Assembly (NCBI GenBank): GCA_050180485.1
Contig: JBFXED010000021.1
Span: forward strand, 245 to 64,244
DNA length: 64,000 nucleotides
DNA from: Alphaproteobacteria bacterium
Lineage (GTDB): Bacteria; Pseudomonadota; Alphaproteobacteria; CADEGL01
Reading direction: 5' to 3'
Shown piece after piece: positions 20,453-30,238 of the stretch. The position numbers were made by a program, and so were the translations under genes. The notes under the pieces are model-generated. The model was not told the origin of the DNA, made no database searches, and saw only the letters and a list, made by a program, of their open reading frames with translations. Each line of letters begins with the position of its first letter. Positions within the stretch are counted from its first letter, which is position 1.

Positions 20453-21958
20453 TCAGAACGCGTAGGTCAGCGTGACTTCGGTGACCGTCCACGGGCGGTT
20501 GAAGCTGGTCGGCGGATTGTTGAAGCCAGACGTGGCGTCTTGCAGGAACTGCCGCGCGCCCTTGCCCGACCAGGCGACGCCCACAACGCCCGCGAGCGAT
20601 AGCTGGCCGGTAATGGCCCACTGGGCGACGAAGTCCAACTCGTCCATGGCATGGCTGGCGGTGCCGCCGAACTGGCCGGGCTGGTCATAGGAGAAACGAT
20701 AATAGATCGCGCTGAGGGTCAAATCGGCTGCGGGATTGGCCGAGACGCCGAGCTGATGCGTGTTCTGATTGCTGTTGAACAGGAAGTACTGGCCGGCGAT
20801 CTCGCCCATGGTCCAGGTTCCGTAACCGCGACCGCTCGTATAGAAGAGCGGATCGAACGACTGCTTGGTGCCGTCGTTCGGGTTGCTGTCGCCGCTGAAA
20901 TGGCTGTAGCGGTAATAGACGCGCGGCGCCCACGCGACCGACGAGAACGACCAGCCCGGCTCGGCGTACCAGGCGTTGGCGCGCACCCGATCGCCGCCGC
21001 GGCTGTTGTATTCGTAGGCGTATTCGCCATAGAGCGTGAAATCCGGCAAAGCCGGAATCATGTTTCCACCGAGGCGCGCGGCGATCACGCCGAGCCCCTT
21101 GCGATCGGCACTGGCCGAAATCTCGGACGGGCCCAACAGGCAATTCACGAATGAAAAGCAACCCGCATTGTCTGCGTCGTAGGCATACATCGCCATAAGC
21201 CCGACATAACGCGCACGGTCGATGTAAGCCGAACGCCCTTGCCCGTCCTGCTTGGATTCGAACCACTCCACGTTGCCGCCGAAGAAGTCCGTGCGCGGCT
21301 GATCCAGCCCTGTCAGAAGCGTCTGATCGGTCGTGGAGCGCAGCAGGAACAGATCGCCGCGCACAGGATCGGTGTTCACCTGGGCCACACCCAGCCCGTC
21401 GAAGGCGAGGCGCGGGTTCAGGATGTAAGCCGCGCGGCGGCCGGCGTCGAACGTGCCGTCGCCGATCAGGAACGCATCGCCCACCTGGAACGGTTGGCGG
21501 CCCACTCGGATATCCAGGGCGTTGCTGGGCAAATCGCCGAGGACGTCGCCGGATCGCCAACCGACGAAGGCGTTCTCCACCGCGATGTGCTGCGGATTGC
21601 CGAAGGTGAGGCTGTTGAGGTTCGCATCGCCGTCGCCGCGCGTCATGGCGCCCACGGCGCTGACGTCGCCAAAGAATTCACCCGCGCCGGACGAGATGAA
21701 GGACGCCTTGAGGTTTGGCGCGACGTAGCCCTCGAACCAGACCGGATTCTTGGCGATGAGCTGGTTGTTGTTCTGGGTGTATGTGCCCGCGCCGAACTGG
21801 GCGCTGGGGCTGGAGAAGAGACCTGTCCCGGCCGTAAAGCCGGCATCGAGGGCGAAACCACCGTCTTCGTAGAATCGCCAGCCGGCATACGCACCGCGTG
21901 CCAGGACGGCCGCGGCGAGAAGGATGGGGACGGCGAGAAGGCGGATCGGGCGGCCCAT
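20453..21958 (-). CDS. Outer-membrane beta-barrel, alginate-export (AlgE-like) family, paralog 2
   Basis: Same motifs as paralog 1 (ENAFVGWRSG, GRQPFQVGDAFLIGDG, FNSNQNTHQ), C-terminal YAF. Confidence 0.78.
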   Translation of the reverse strand: MGRPIRLLAVPILLAAAVLARGAYAGWRFYEDGGFALDAGFTAGTGLFSSPSAQFGAGTYTQNNNQLIAKNPVWFEGYVAPNLKASFISSGAGEFFGDVSAVGAMTRGDGDANLNSLTFGNPQHIAVENAFVGWRSGDVLGDLPSNALDIRVGRQPFQVGDAFLIGDGTFDAGRRAAYILNPRLAFDGLGVAQVNTDPVRGDLFLLRSTTDQTLLTGLDQPRTDFFGGNVEWFESKQDGQGRSAYIDRARYVGLMAMYAYDADNAGCFSFVNCLLGPSEISASADRKGLGVIAARLGGNMIPALPDFTLYGEYAYEYNSRGGDRVRANAWYAEPGWSFSSVAWAPRVYYRYSHFSGDSNPNDGTKQSFDPLFYTSGRGYGTWTMGEIAGQYFLFNSNQNTHQLGVSANPAADLTLSAIYYRFSYDQPGQFGGTASHAMDELDFVAQWAITGQLSLAGVVGVAWSGKGARQFLQDATSGFNNPPTSFNRPWTVTEVTLTYAF

Positions 21959-21980
21959 GACGGGTCGGTGAATCCCTCGC

Positions 21981-22916
21981 TCAAGCCGTCGGATTGGCGG
22001 GCGTGTCCCAGTACGGATTGGGCCCAAACCGGTCGGCCAGGAAATCGACGAAGACGCGCACCTTGGCTGACAGATGCCGGCTGTGCGGATAGACGGCATA
22101 GACCGAGGCGCGGTTGGGCAGATAGTCGCGCAGCACCTCCTTCAGTCGCCCGGCCTGGACGTCGGGGCCGACGATGAAGGACGGCAGCACCGCGACGCCC
22201 AATCCGGCCAACAGCGCCTGGCGGATCGCATCGCCATTGTTCGCGCGCAGATTGCCTCGCACCGAGACCGAGCGCGTGCCTTCGCCGTCGACGAACTGCC
22301 ATTGGTCGGTATCGGACACATACGCATAGCTAAGGCAGTTGTGCTTAGCCAAATCGTCGGGCGTGCGCGGTTCGCCATGCTTCGCAAAGTAGGCCGGCGC
22401 GCCGCACAGGACGCGCCGGTCGGGCGCCAGGCGCCGCGCGATCAGGCTGGAATCGGTCAGCCGGGCAATGCGGATGGCGACATCGAAGCCCTCGTCGATC
22501 AAATCCACGAACCGGTCGTTCATCGTCATATCCACGCGCACCTCGGGATAGCGCGCGAGAAAATCGGGTATCGCCGGCGCGATATGGAGATGGCCGAAGG
22601 TCATCGGCGCGTTAACCCGCAATGTGCCGCGCGGTTCGGATTGCAGATGGGTGACGGCCAGCTCCGCCTCCTGCGCCTCGGCCACCACGCGTGCGCAGCG
22701 ATCGTAGAAGGCGGCGCCGGTTTCCGTGAGGCTCAGACGGCGGGTGGTCCGATTCAAGAGGCGCGCGCCGAGCCGGTCCTCCAGGCGCGTGATCTGCTTC
22801 GAGACGGCGGATTTCGACAGGCCCAGTTCGGTGGCGGCGGCCGTGAAGCTGCGCGCCTCCACGACTTTGGCGAACACCGCCATGCCGGCCAGGCTGTCCA
22901 ACGGCGCTAGAGTCAT
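21981..22916 (-). CDS. LysR-family regulator (CrgA/DmlR-like)
   Basis: FAKVVEARSFTAAA..LGLSKSAVSKQI..LE..LGARLLNRTTRRLSLTE; SAKVRVFVDFL. Confidence 0.94.
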   Translation of the reverse strand: MTLAPLDSLAGMAVFAKVVEARSFTAAATELGLSKSAVSKQITRLEDRLGARLLNRTTRRLSLTETGAAFYDRCARVVAEAQEAELAVTHLQSEPRGTLRVNAPMTFGHLHIAPAIPDFLARYPEVRVDMTMNDRFVDLIDEGFDVAIRIARLTDSSLIARRLAPDRRVLCGAPAYFAKHGEPRTPDDLAKHNCLSYAYVSDTDQWQFVDGEGTRSVSVRGNLRANNGDAIRQALLAGLGVAVLPSFIVGPDVQAGRLKEVLRDYLPNRASVYAVYPHSRHLSAKVRVFVDFLADRFGPNPYWDTPANPTA

Positions 22917-23140
22917 TGGCTATTTCCTGGAAACAATACTTGTCCATTTAACGAATTTTCAGATCGAACGGAAACATCTATCTGTTCGCCGAACATGCTC
23001 GGCAATGGCGAATTTCTAAGAAAACGGCCGGGGACCGGCGGGCTCCCCGTCCGCCGAGATGGTGGCGAAACGAGCGCGGAAGGCTTCAAGATAGCGGACC
23101 GTTCGTAACCGGCGGCTCATGAAGGATGGGAGAAAACGAT

Positions 23141-23611
23141 ATGACCGAAAAGGTCGACCGCTCCAAGTTGATCATTCCCGCCGTGGCGCCCCTTTACGAG
23201 GGGCTCAGCTGCGTAGCGTACCCCTTGATGCGCATCGTCGTCGGCGGTTTCCTGATCCCGCACGGCATGCAGAAGCTGTTCGGCGCATTCGGCGGCGGCG
23301 GCCTTGAGGGCACCGCGGCCGGCTTCGCCAAGATGGGGCTGGAGCCTGCGTCGCTTATGGCGATCCTGGCCGGCGGCACGGAATTCTTCGGCGGCATCCT
23401 GATCGCACTGGGGTTGTTCACACGCATCGCAGCGGCGGGCGCCGTGATCCTGCTGTTGGTCGCCTCGATCCATGTCCACTACGCCAACGGCTTCTTCGCC
23501 GGCAAAGGCGGCTATGAATACGCGCTCCTGTGGGCGGTGATGGCGTTCTACGTCTTCGTGCGCGGCGGCGGGCATTGCTCAATCGACCGCAAGATTGGCA
23601 AGGAGTTCTGA
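23141..23611 (+). CDS. DoxX-family membrane protein
   Basis: RIVVG...HGMQKLFG, EFFGGILIALGLFTR.AA, GGYEY, G.G..SID. Confidence 0.9.
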   Translation: MTEKVDRSKLIIPAVAPLYEGLSCVAYPLMRIVVGGFLIPHGMQKLFGAFGGGGLEGTAAGFAKMGLEPASLMAILAGGTEFFGGILIALGLFTRIAAAGAVILLLVASIHVHYANGFFAGKGGYEYALLWAVMAFYVFVRGGGHCSIDRKIGKEF

Positions 23612-23642
23612 TCGTCGTGCGGCGGTGCGTGAAAGGCATGGC

Positions 23643-24425
23643 ATGACCAAGTGGCCCAGCATCTTCGTCGGCCACGGCAGTCCCGGCATGATCCTGGAGC
23701 GTGCCGCCGCGCGCGATTTTCTGGCCGGCTTGGGCCGGCAGATGGGGAAACCCAAGGCCATCCTCGTCGCGACCGCACATTGGGAAACCGGCGCACCTTC
23801 CGTGGGCGCCGCCGACAAGCCCGAGACCATCCACGATTTCTTCGGCTTCCCGCAGGAACTGTACCGTATCGTCTACCCGGCATCCGGCGCGCCTGAAGTG
23901 GCCGTGCGCGCGCAGACGCTTTTGAACGAAGCGGGGTTCGATGCCGCGCTCGACCATGCGCGCGGGCTCGACCACGGCGCCTGGTCGCCGCTCTATCTCA
24001 TGTACCCCGACGCGGATGTGCCGGTGACGCAGATCTCGCTGCAGCCTCGTCGCGGACCCGGTTATCACCTTTCCATCGGCCGCGCGCTCGAACCCTTGCG
24101 CGCGGAAGGCGTGCTGGTCATGGGCAGCGGCGCCATCACCCACAATCTGCAAGACTTCGGCCGATACGATCTCAACGATCCGCCCGCCGCCTACGCCGCC
24201 GAGTTCGACTCGTGGGTGCGCGACGCGGTCACGCGCGGCGACACCGATGCCGTGGTGGACTATCGCCAGCGCGCGCCACACGCCGCGCGCAACCAGCCCA
24301 GCGAGGAGCATTTCCTGCCGCTCCTGGTCGCCATGGGCGCCGGCGGCGAAGGCGCCAAGGGACGCACGCTCCACGCGGGCTTCACCTACGGCTTCCTATC
24401 GATGGCGGCCTACGCGTTCGATTAG
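23643..24425 (+). CDS. DODA-type (LigB family) extradiol dioxygenase
   Basis: FVGHGSP, AHWET, TIHDFFGFP, RGLDHGAW.PL, GSGAITHNL, EHFLPL. Confidence 0.92.
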   Translation: MTKWPSIFVGHGSPGMILERAAARDFLAGLGRQMGKPKAILVATAHWETGAPSVGAADKPETIHDFFGFPQELYRIVYPASGAPEVAVRAQTLLNEAGFDAALDHARGLDHGAWSPLYLMYPDADVPVTQISLQPRRGPGYHLSIGRALEPLRAEGVLVMGSGAITHNLQDFGRYDLNDPPAAYAAEFDSWVRDAVTRGDTDAVVDYRQRAPHAARNQPSEEHFLPLLVAMGAGGEGAKGRTLHAGFTYGFLSMAAYAFD

Positions 24426-24518
24426 CGTCACGCCCGCCAAATAGACCTGCGAAAATCGCATACCCCGCCCGGGCGCACGCGCCTTGCGCGCAAAGGGGCG
24501 CGCGCATGTAATCCGGCG

Positions 24519-26042
24519 GTGACCGCCACTGCCCCTTCCCTGCTCCAGGAGCCCGCCGCGCCGACGGGCATTGCGAAGGCCCTTCAGGTCACCACCGGCG
24601 TTTTCTGCACCCACCTCTACCTGCTGGCCATGTCGGGCGCGAGCATGGCGCTGCCGCACATGCAGGGCGCGTTCTCGGCCGGGCCCGATCAGATCGCCTG
24701 GGTGGTGACGGCCTTCATCGTCACCGTCGCCATGACCAATGCCTGCGCCGGCTGGCTGACCGACCATCTGGGCCGCCGCAGGCTGCTTCTGATCTGTGTC
24801 GTCGGCTTCACCCTGTCCTCGGTCCTGGTCGGCCTGACTGAAAGCCTCGAGGCCGCCGTGCTGGCGCGCGTGCTGCAAGGCATGTTCTGCGCGCCCTTGG
24901 CGCCGCTGGGCCAGGCCATCGCGGTGGACGCGTGGCCGCGCGACCGGCAGGCCATGGCCACCTCGGTCTGGAGCATGGGAGCCTTGTGGGGTTCCTTCAT
25001 CGCGCCGCTCGCGGGCGGCTACCTAGCCGAGAATCTGGGCTGGCAGTGGGTCTTCTACATGCCCGTGCCGATCGGAATCCTCACCTTCATCACCGGCTGG
25101 CTGTCCGTGCACGAGAGGGCCGAACGTGGGCACAGTTATCTGGATTGGCTCGGCTTCTTCACCCTCGTGCTGTCGATCGGCTCCTTGATGTATGGGCTCT
25201 CGCGCGGCGAGCGGCTGGACTGGTTCGCATCCGGCGAGATCATCGCGGCGGCCTGCATCGCGCTCTTGGCCTCCTACGTCTTCGTCGCCCGCATGATGAT
25301 GGCGCGGCGCCCTTTCATTCCGATGAGTCTCTTCAAGGACCGCAACTACACGATCGCGCTGCTCTTCATCTTCATCTACGGCAACTACAACTATCTGCCG
25401 ATCTTCGTGCTGCCCATCATTCTGACCAGCGTGATGGGGCTGACCCTGCCCGTGGTCGGCGCGCTGATCGCCGTGCGCAGCCTCGGCTCCTTCGCCAGCA
25501 TGCTGATCGTGGCGCCGCTCTCGGACCGGGTGAACATGCGCGTCTGGCTGATCGCCGGCTTTCTCACCCTGATGGCGCCTTTCTGGATGATGGCCCGCTG
25601 GGGAATCGATCCGTCGTGGAGCGCGATCATCATCGCCATGTTCCTGCACGGCTTTGGCTCCAGCATGCCCTATATCGGCATCAGCGCCGCGGCCTTCGCG
25701 ACCCTGCCGGTCGAACTGCGCAGCCAGGGCATGAGCCTGTTGCATCTGACCAACAACATGGGGGTCGCCATCGGCACCACGGCAATCTTCGCGCTTCTCG
25801 CGCGCGAGATGCAGACCAGCTACTCCGCGCTGGTGCAGTTCGTGAGCCCCTACAACGAGGCCATGCACGCCGGCACGGCGCGCAACATGCTTCACCTCGA
25901 CAACGTCCACGGCTTGGCTTCGATGGGTGCCGAGGTGAGCCGTCAGGCCACCATGGTGGCCTTCAACTCCACGCTCCAGATCGCGGCCTATCTCGGGCTC
26001 ATCATCCTGCCGCTTCTATTTTTTGCCCGCGTGCGCCACTGA
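24519..26042 (+). CDS. DHA2 (EmrB/QacA) MFS transporter
   Basis: ALPHMQG.FSA..DQIAWV.T, GRRRL, ARVLQG, W.WVFY..VPIG, GERLDWF.S; many TM segments. Confidence 0.88.
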   Translation: MTATAPSLLQEPAAPTGIAKALQVTTGVFCTHLYLLAMSGASMALPHMQGAFSAGPDQIAWVVTAFIVTVAMTNACAGWLTDHLGRRRLLLICVVGFTLSSVLVGLTESLEAAVLARVLQGMFCAPLAPLGQAIAVDAWPRDRQAMATSVWSMGALWGSFIAPLAGGYLAENLGWQWVFYMPVPIGILTFITGWLSVHERAERGHSYLDWLGFFTLVLSIGSLMYGLSRGERLDWFASGEIIAAACIALLASYVFVARMMMARRPFIPMSLFKDRNYTIALLFIFIYGNYNYLPIFVLPIILTSVMGLTLPVVGALIAVRSLGSFASMLIVAPLSDRVNMRVWLIAGFLTLMAPFWMMARWGIDPSWSAIIIAMFLHGFGSSMPYIGISAAAFATLPVELRSQGMSLLHLTNNMGVAIGTTAIFALLAREMQTSYSALVQFVSPYNEAMHAGTARNMLHLDNVHGLASMGAEVSRQATMVAFNSTLQIAAYLGLIILPLLFFARVRH

Positions 26043-26076
26043 CGCGCAGCATAGGCGGCCGGGCGGAACGCATGAT

Positions 26077-29000
26077 CTACCACGTCAGGCTGAACCGGCC
26101 GGTGAGCGCTTGGGCATTGTCCGACCCGTTGAGTTCGGCATCGTAGCGCAGGAGAAACGACAGGCTGTCGGTCAGACTCGCGGTGGCGCCGACAGCCGCC
26201 ACTGCGCTATCGCGCGCGATCTGGGCGCCATCGACGGTGAAGCCCGGCCCGGTTGACCCCACGAAACTGGCCGTCATAGGACGCGCGGTGTTGGCGTATT
26301 CGTGCGCCCAGCCGGCGCGGGCTAGAAGCGCGATGGGTTTGGCGAGGCCAATATTCGCGTCGTGATCGAGTTGGACACCGAGAATGCTGCGAACCGAATT
26401 GGTGGTCTGGCTATCGACCGACAGATTGAGCGCGCCCGCGCCGGTTTCCGTGAAGCTGGCCTGATTCACGGTGGTTCCCTGCAGGCCGAGGAACGGCGTG
26501 AGATCGGTCACCCGTCCCACGGGGATGCCATAGCCGGTTTCGATCGCGCCAAGGAACTGGTTCGACGAGGTATCGCCCTCGGCTTGGCGGTTCACGCCCG
26601 GGAAACTGATCGTCCGCTCCATGGAATTCTCGTTATAGCCATAGCCCGCGAGCCCCTGGACATAGAACCGGTCCGGCCCGTAGCTGCCATAGAGCGCAAG
26701 TTGGTAGCTGTTCACCGCGCCACTGCTGGCCACGCCTTGCGTGCTCACGCTCGTGTTGGCATAGCCGGCGGCGATGCCCGCGAACAGGCCGGGCTCTAAG
26801 GTCTTGTCGATTCCGAATGCGCCGCCGCCGCCCGAATAATTGACCGTGCTGGCGCCATTGCTGCCCGCGATCTCGCCAGTCACGCCGACGCCGCTGACCC
26901 ATGCGTTCCAAGGACCCGTGCGCGGCGGAGAGCCGGCGGAGGCCCCGGTTTCGCCCATCGTTGGTTGGCCCAGTGATGCCAGGTTGATGCGCGTGCCGGA
27001 CGATAGAGCGGCGTTTCCGCCCGCGCGCGCTTGGCCAATCTGCTGGTTCAGCGCCATCATGAACGTCTGCCCGGCCACGACGCTTACCGAGCCGACATCG
27101 GAATAGGCCTCGCCCGACATCTGCTCGAATGCGTCGTCGGCCTGCGCCCCGCTCAGGCCAAGCACCGCATTGATGACGGTCGCCATGTCGCCGGTCGCAT
27201 TCGTGGAGGCGGCGTCCAACGCGGTCGCCACCGCGCTCTGATTCCCCGTCGTCGCCACGGCGGCGAAATTCACGTTGTTGCGCGTGAGCGTCAGGTTCAC
27301 GTCGGTCGTGGTGTAGGCCAGGCTCGGCGTGAGGAACGCCAGGTTGGAGGTCACATTGCCGAACGTTCCCGTTACGCCGCCGGCGGCATTGAGGATCGTA
27401 TAGGTGGTGTTGACATTGTAGCTGCCGCTGGCCGCTTGCACGCTAACCGTGCCGCCGTTGATGGTTGCCGTACCCGTGGCGTTGACGCGGTCGCCGGCAC
27501 CCGACGAGTCCACCTCCACTTCGAAGGTCGAACCCACGTTAAAGGTAACGTTGCCGGTCACGTTCTGCGTGCCGATGGAGTTACCCGGCGCCCAGATGCC
27601 GCCTGCGATGACATTGCCCGTAATTGTACCCGTACCGCCCAGCGTGCCCGACGCGCCAATCGTGACCGCGCTGGTCACCGAGCCATTGACGCGCAGCGTA
27701 CCCGAATCGATCGAAGTCGCACCCGTGTAGGTATTCACGCCGCTAAGAGTCAACGTGCCCGTCCCCGACTTCGTCAACGCGCCGCCGCTACCCGAGCCGC
27801 CGATGACCCCCGACAGGGTGGTGTCGTTGCCATTGGTGTTCCAGGTGGCGGCACCGCCGAGGTTGATGGCGTTCGAGAGGGTGAACGCGGCATTCGATTG
27901 CGCCGTCGTGCTGGCGCCGAGATTCAGAGTGCCCGTTCCCACGGCGCTATTATTGCCGAGGGCGAGCGTACCGGCCGAGACGGTGGTGCCTCCGGTATAG
28001 GTGTTCACGCCGCTGAGGGTCAGCGTACCTGTCCCGGACTTCGTTAGCGAACCGCCGCCTGTGCTGCCGATAATCCCCGATACGGTGGTGTCGTTGCCGT
28101 TGGTGTTCCAGGTTCCGTTGCTCGCACCGAGCGTGATTGCGTTGGCGATCGCCATGGCGGCATCCGAGCGCAAGGTGCCGCCGTTCAACGTGACGCCGCC
28201 GGTGCCAAGCGCCGTCCCTGCGCCCGCGGCCAATGTGCCGGCGGTGACCGACGTCGTGCCGGAATAGTTCGCGTTGGCGCCCGTGATCGACAGCGTACCG
28301 GCACCACTCTTCGAGATACCGCCCGTGCCGGCGATCGCGTTCGCACCTGCAAGCGTCTGAGTGTTGCCGTTGCCGACGTTGAAGCCGGTGCTGCTGGACC
28401 CGTGCAGGAACATGGTGGTGCCTTGGGCCTGTCCCGCCGTCGCGCCGCCCGTGCCGCCGGTCGTGCCGCCCGTCACGCTGTAGGTGCCGGCGAAAGATCC
28501 GTCGACGATGGTGAGGGTGCCGCCGTCGCGCACGAATACGGCGCCGCCCAATGCCGCGCCGCCGCCGCCGTCCGAAAAGTCGCTGGAACCGCCATTTCCG
28601 CCGAACGTGCCGCCGGCACCCGCGTTGAAGCCGCCGCCGCCGCCGCTGCCGAAACCGCCCGCGCCACCAGTCTGCGTGGCGTTCGCTTTCGAACCGCCGC
28701 CGCCGCCGCCGAAACCGCCCGTACCGCCGGTTGCGGTGATCGGGGTGCCGCCGCTCTGCCCCGTCCCGCCGCCGCCGCCGAAATCGCCTCCCGTACCACC
28801 GTTGAAGCTGCCGCTGGTAAAATTGGCGCCACCGCCACCCCCACCGCCAATTCCGCCCGTTCCACCGCCGCCGGTTCGTGATCCACCACCGCCGCCGCCT
28901 CCCGAGCGTCCACCCGCACCGCCGTCAAAGCCCGTCGAGCCGCCACCGCCTCCCCCAAGCGCTGCGCCTGCAGTGCCCGCACTGTTATTGCCGCCAGCGC

Positions 29001-29943
29001 CACCTTCCGCACCACCACCGGCACCCGCACCGCCAGCCGTACCGGGTGCGCCGCTGGCGGTTGCACCGCCTCCTCCTCCGGCGCCGCTCGCGTTGGGAGA
29101 TGCGCCACCAGTTCCTTGCTGGCCACCGCCGCCGGCACCCGAAGAAGCCGATGCGCCGCCAGTACCAAATTCGCCGCCGCCGCCACCACCGCCGAAGCCA
29201 CCTTGTCCCGTCACGGCGCCACCTGTGCCCTCGTAACCACCGCCGCCGCCGCCGCCGAACGAGTTCGAACTGCCGCCGTTGCCGCCCAAGCCGCCGCCGC
29301 CGCCGCCTCCCATCCCGGCCGCGACGGTTCCCGCACCGCCGTTGCCGCCTGCGCCGCCGACCGCAGACGCATTGCCAACAGCCACACTCGTCAGCGTGAC
29401 GTTCGCCCCCTGATTCACGAAGACGGCGGCGCCTGCGCCCAGACCGCCGCCACCGCCGCCGCCATGCTGCGCACCGTCGCCGCCGTTGCCGCCTTGGGCG
29501 AGCGCGTTGTTGACCGTGACGTTGCTGATCGAGACGGTGCCGCTCTCCACGAAGAAGACGCGGCCGATACTTGCGGCGTTGATGGTGAAGCCGCCGCCGT
29601 TGACCGTGACGTTGGACGAGATCATGGGCAGCGACTGCGTCAGCAGGATGTTGCCCGTGATGTTGATGGTGGTGGAGCCGGCACCCGTGTTGGCGTTGAA
29701 GATCGCCGTGCGCAACTCGCTCTCGGTCGAGACGTTGACTTGCGCGAAGACGGGCGAGGCGAACAGGATCGTCAGAACGAACAGCAGCGCGGGACAGAAA
29801 GTGGGAAGGCGATGGTTAATCGCGCCGTTTGGCGACGTGCGGCGATTACGACCGATACCTATTCGCAGCCCGCGCCAATCCGCGGCCGCCGCTCCGCCCC
29901 AAGGGGCGCGTAACGCCGTCCCCACTCGGCCATCCCCTGGCAC
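26077..29943 (-). CDS. Glycine-rich autotransporter (type Va); start uncertain
   Basis: Signal-like LLFVLTILFASPVFA-Q, long Gly-rich tract, passenger repeats (LTKSGTGTLTLSGVNTYTG), APGNSIGT, beta-barrel ending W. Confidence 0.9.
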   Translation of the reverse strand: MPGDGRVGTALRAPWGGAAAADWRGLRIGIGRNRRTSPNGAINHRLPTFCPALLFVLTILFASPVFAQVNVSTESELRTAIFNANTGAGSTTINITGNILLTQSLPMISSNVTVNGGGFTINAASIGRVFFVESGTVSISNVTVNNALAQGGNGGDGAQHGGGGGGGLGAGAAVFVNQGANVTLTSVAVGNASAVGGAGGNGGAGTVAAGMGGGGGGGLGGNGGSSNSFGGGGGGGYEGTGGAVTGQGGFGGGGGGGEFGTGGASASSGAGGGGQQGTGGASPNASGAGGGGGATASGAPGTAGGAGAGGGAEGGAGGNNSAGTAGAALGGGGGGSTGFDGGAGGRSGGGGGGGSRTGGGGTGGIGGGGGGGANFTSGSFNGGTGGDFGGGGGTGQSGGTPITATGGTGGFGGGGGGSKANATQTGGAGGFGSGGGGGFNAGAGGTFGGNGGSSDFSDGGGGAALGGAVFVRDGGTLTIVDGSFAGTYSVTGGTTGGTGGATAGQAQGTTMFLHGSSSTGFNVGNGNTQTLAGANAIAGTGGISKSGAGTLSITGANANYSGTTSVTAGTLAAGAGTALGTGGVTLNGGTLRSDAAMAIANAITLGASNGTWNTNGNDTTVSGIIGSTGGGSLTKSGTGTLTLSGVNTYTGGTTVSAGTLALGNNSAVGTGTLNLGASTTAQSNAAFTLSNAINLGGAATWNTNGNDTTLSGVIGGSGSGGALTKSGTGTLTLSGVNTYTGATSIDSGTLRVNGSVTSAVTIGASGTLGGTGTITGNVIAGGIWAPGNSIGTQNVTGNVTFNVGSTFEVEVDSSGAGDRVNATGTATINGGTVSVQAASGSYNVNTTYTILNAAGGVTGTFGNVTSNLAFLTPSLAYTTTDVNLTLTRNNVNFAAVATTGNQSAVATALDAASTNATGDMATVINAVLGLSGAQADDAFEQMSGEAYSDVGSVSVVAGQTFMMALNQQIGQARAGGNAALSSGTRINLASLGQPTMGETGASAGSPPRTGPWNAWVSGVGVTGEIAGSNGASTVNYSGGGGAFGIDKTLEPGLFAGIAAGYANTSVSTQGVASSGAVNSYQLALYGSYGPDRFYVQGLAGYGYNENSMERTISFPGVNRQAEGDTSSNQFLGAIETGYGIPVGRVTDLTPFLGLQGTTVNQASFTETGAGALNLSVDSQTTNSVRSILGVQLDHDANIGLAKPIALLARAGWAHEYANTARPMTASFVGSTGPGFTVDGAQIARDSAVAAVGATASLTDSLSFLLRYDAELNGSDNAQALTGRFSLTW

Positions 29944-30238
29944 TTGTTTCCCCGAACGGCCTAGTGATGGCGTTAAGGAATATTAGCTCTACTAAATATT
30001 GTATAACACCTTGGATTTGCAATCAAATACTTGCATCTAATTGTTACGTTTTTTTCAACAATGCTTGATGAATCGAGATTTTGTTTCGATCAAGAATCAA
30101 TCGCCGCCGGCCCGCGCGGCATGGCCGGTCGAATACGACCTTTAGTTTGGAAAGCCAGGAGAAGCGGGTTAGGCGCGGGCGCTTTTATCCTGCCATGGGC
30201 GCAGTGAAGGAAGGCGGGCTGCCTTCCCTGGAGAGGCG

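Noticed and set aside
28484-29236. Pro-rich 250-aa ORF on + strand
   Set aside because: Antisense shadow of the GGC/GGT Gly codons of the autotransporter.
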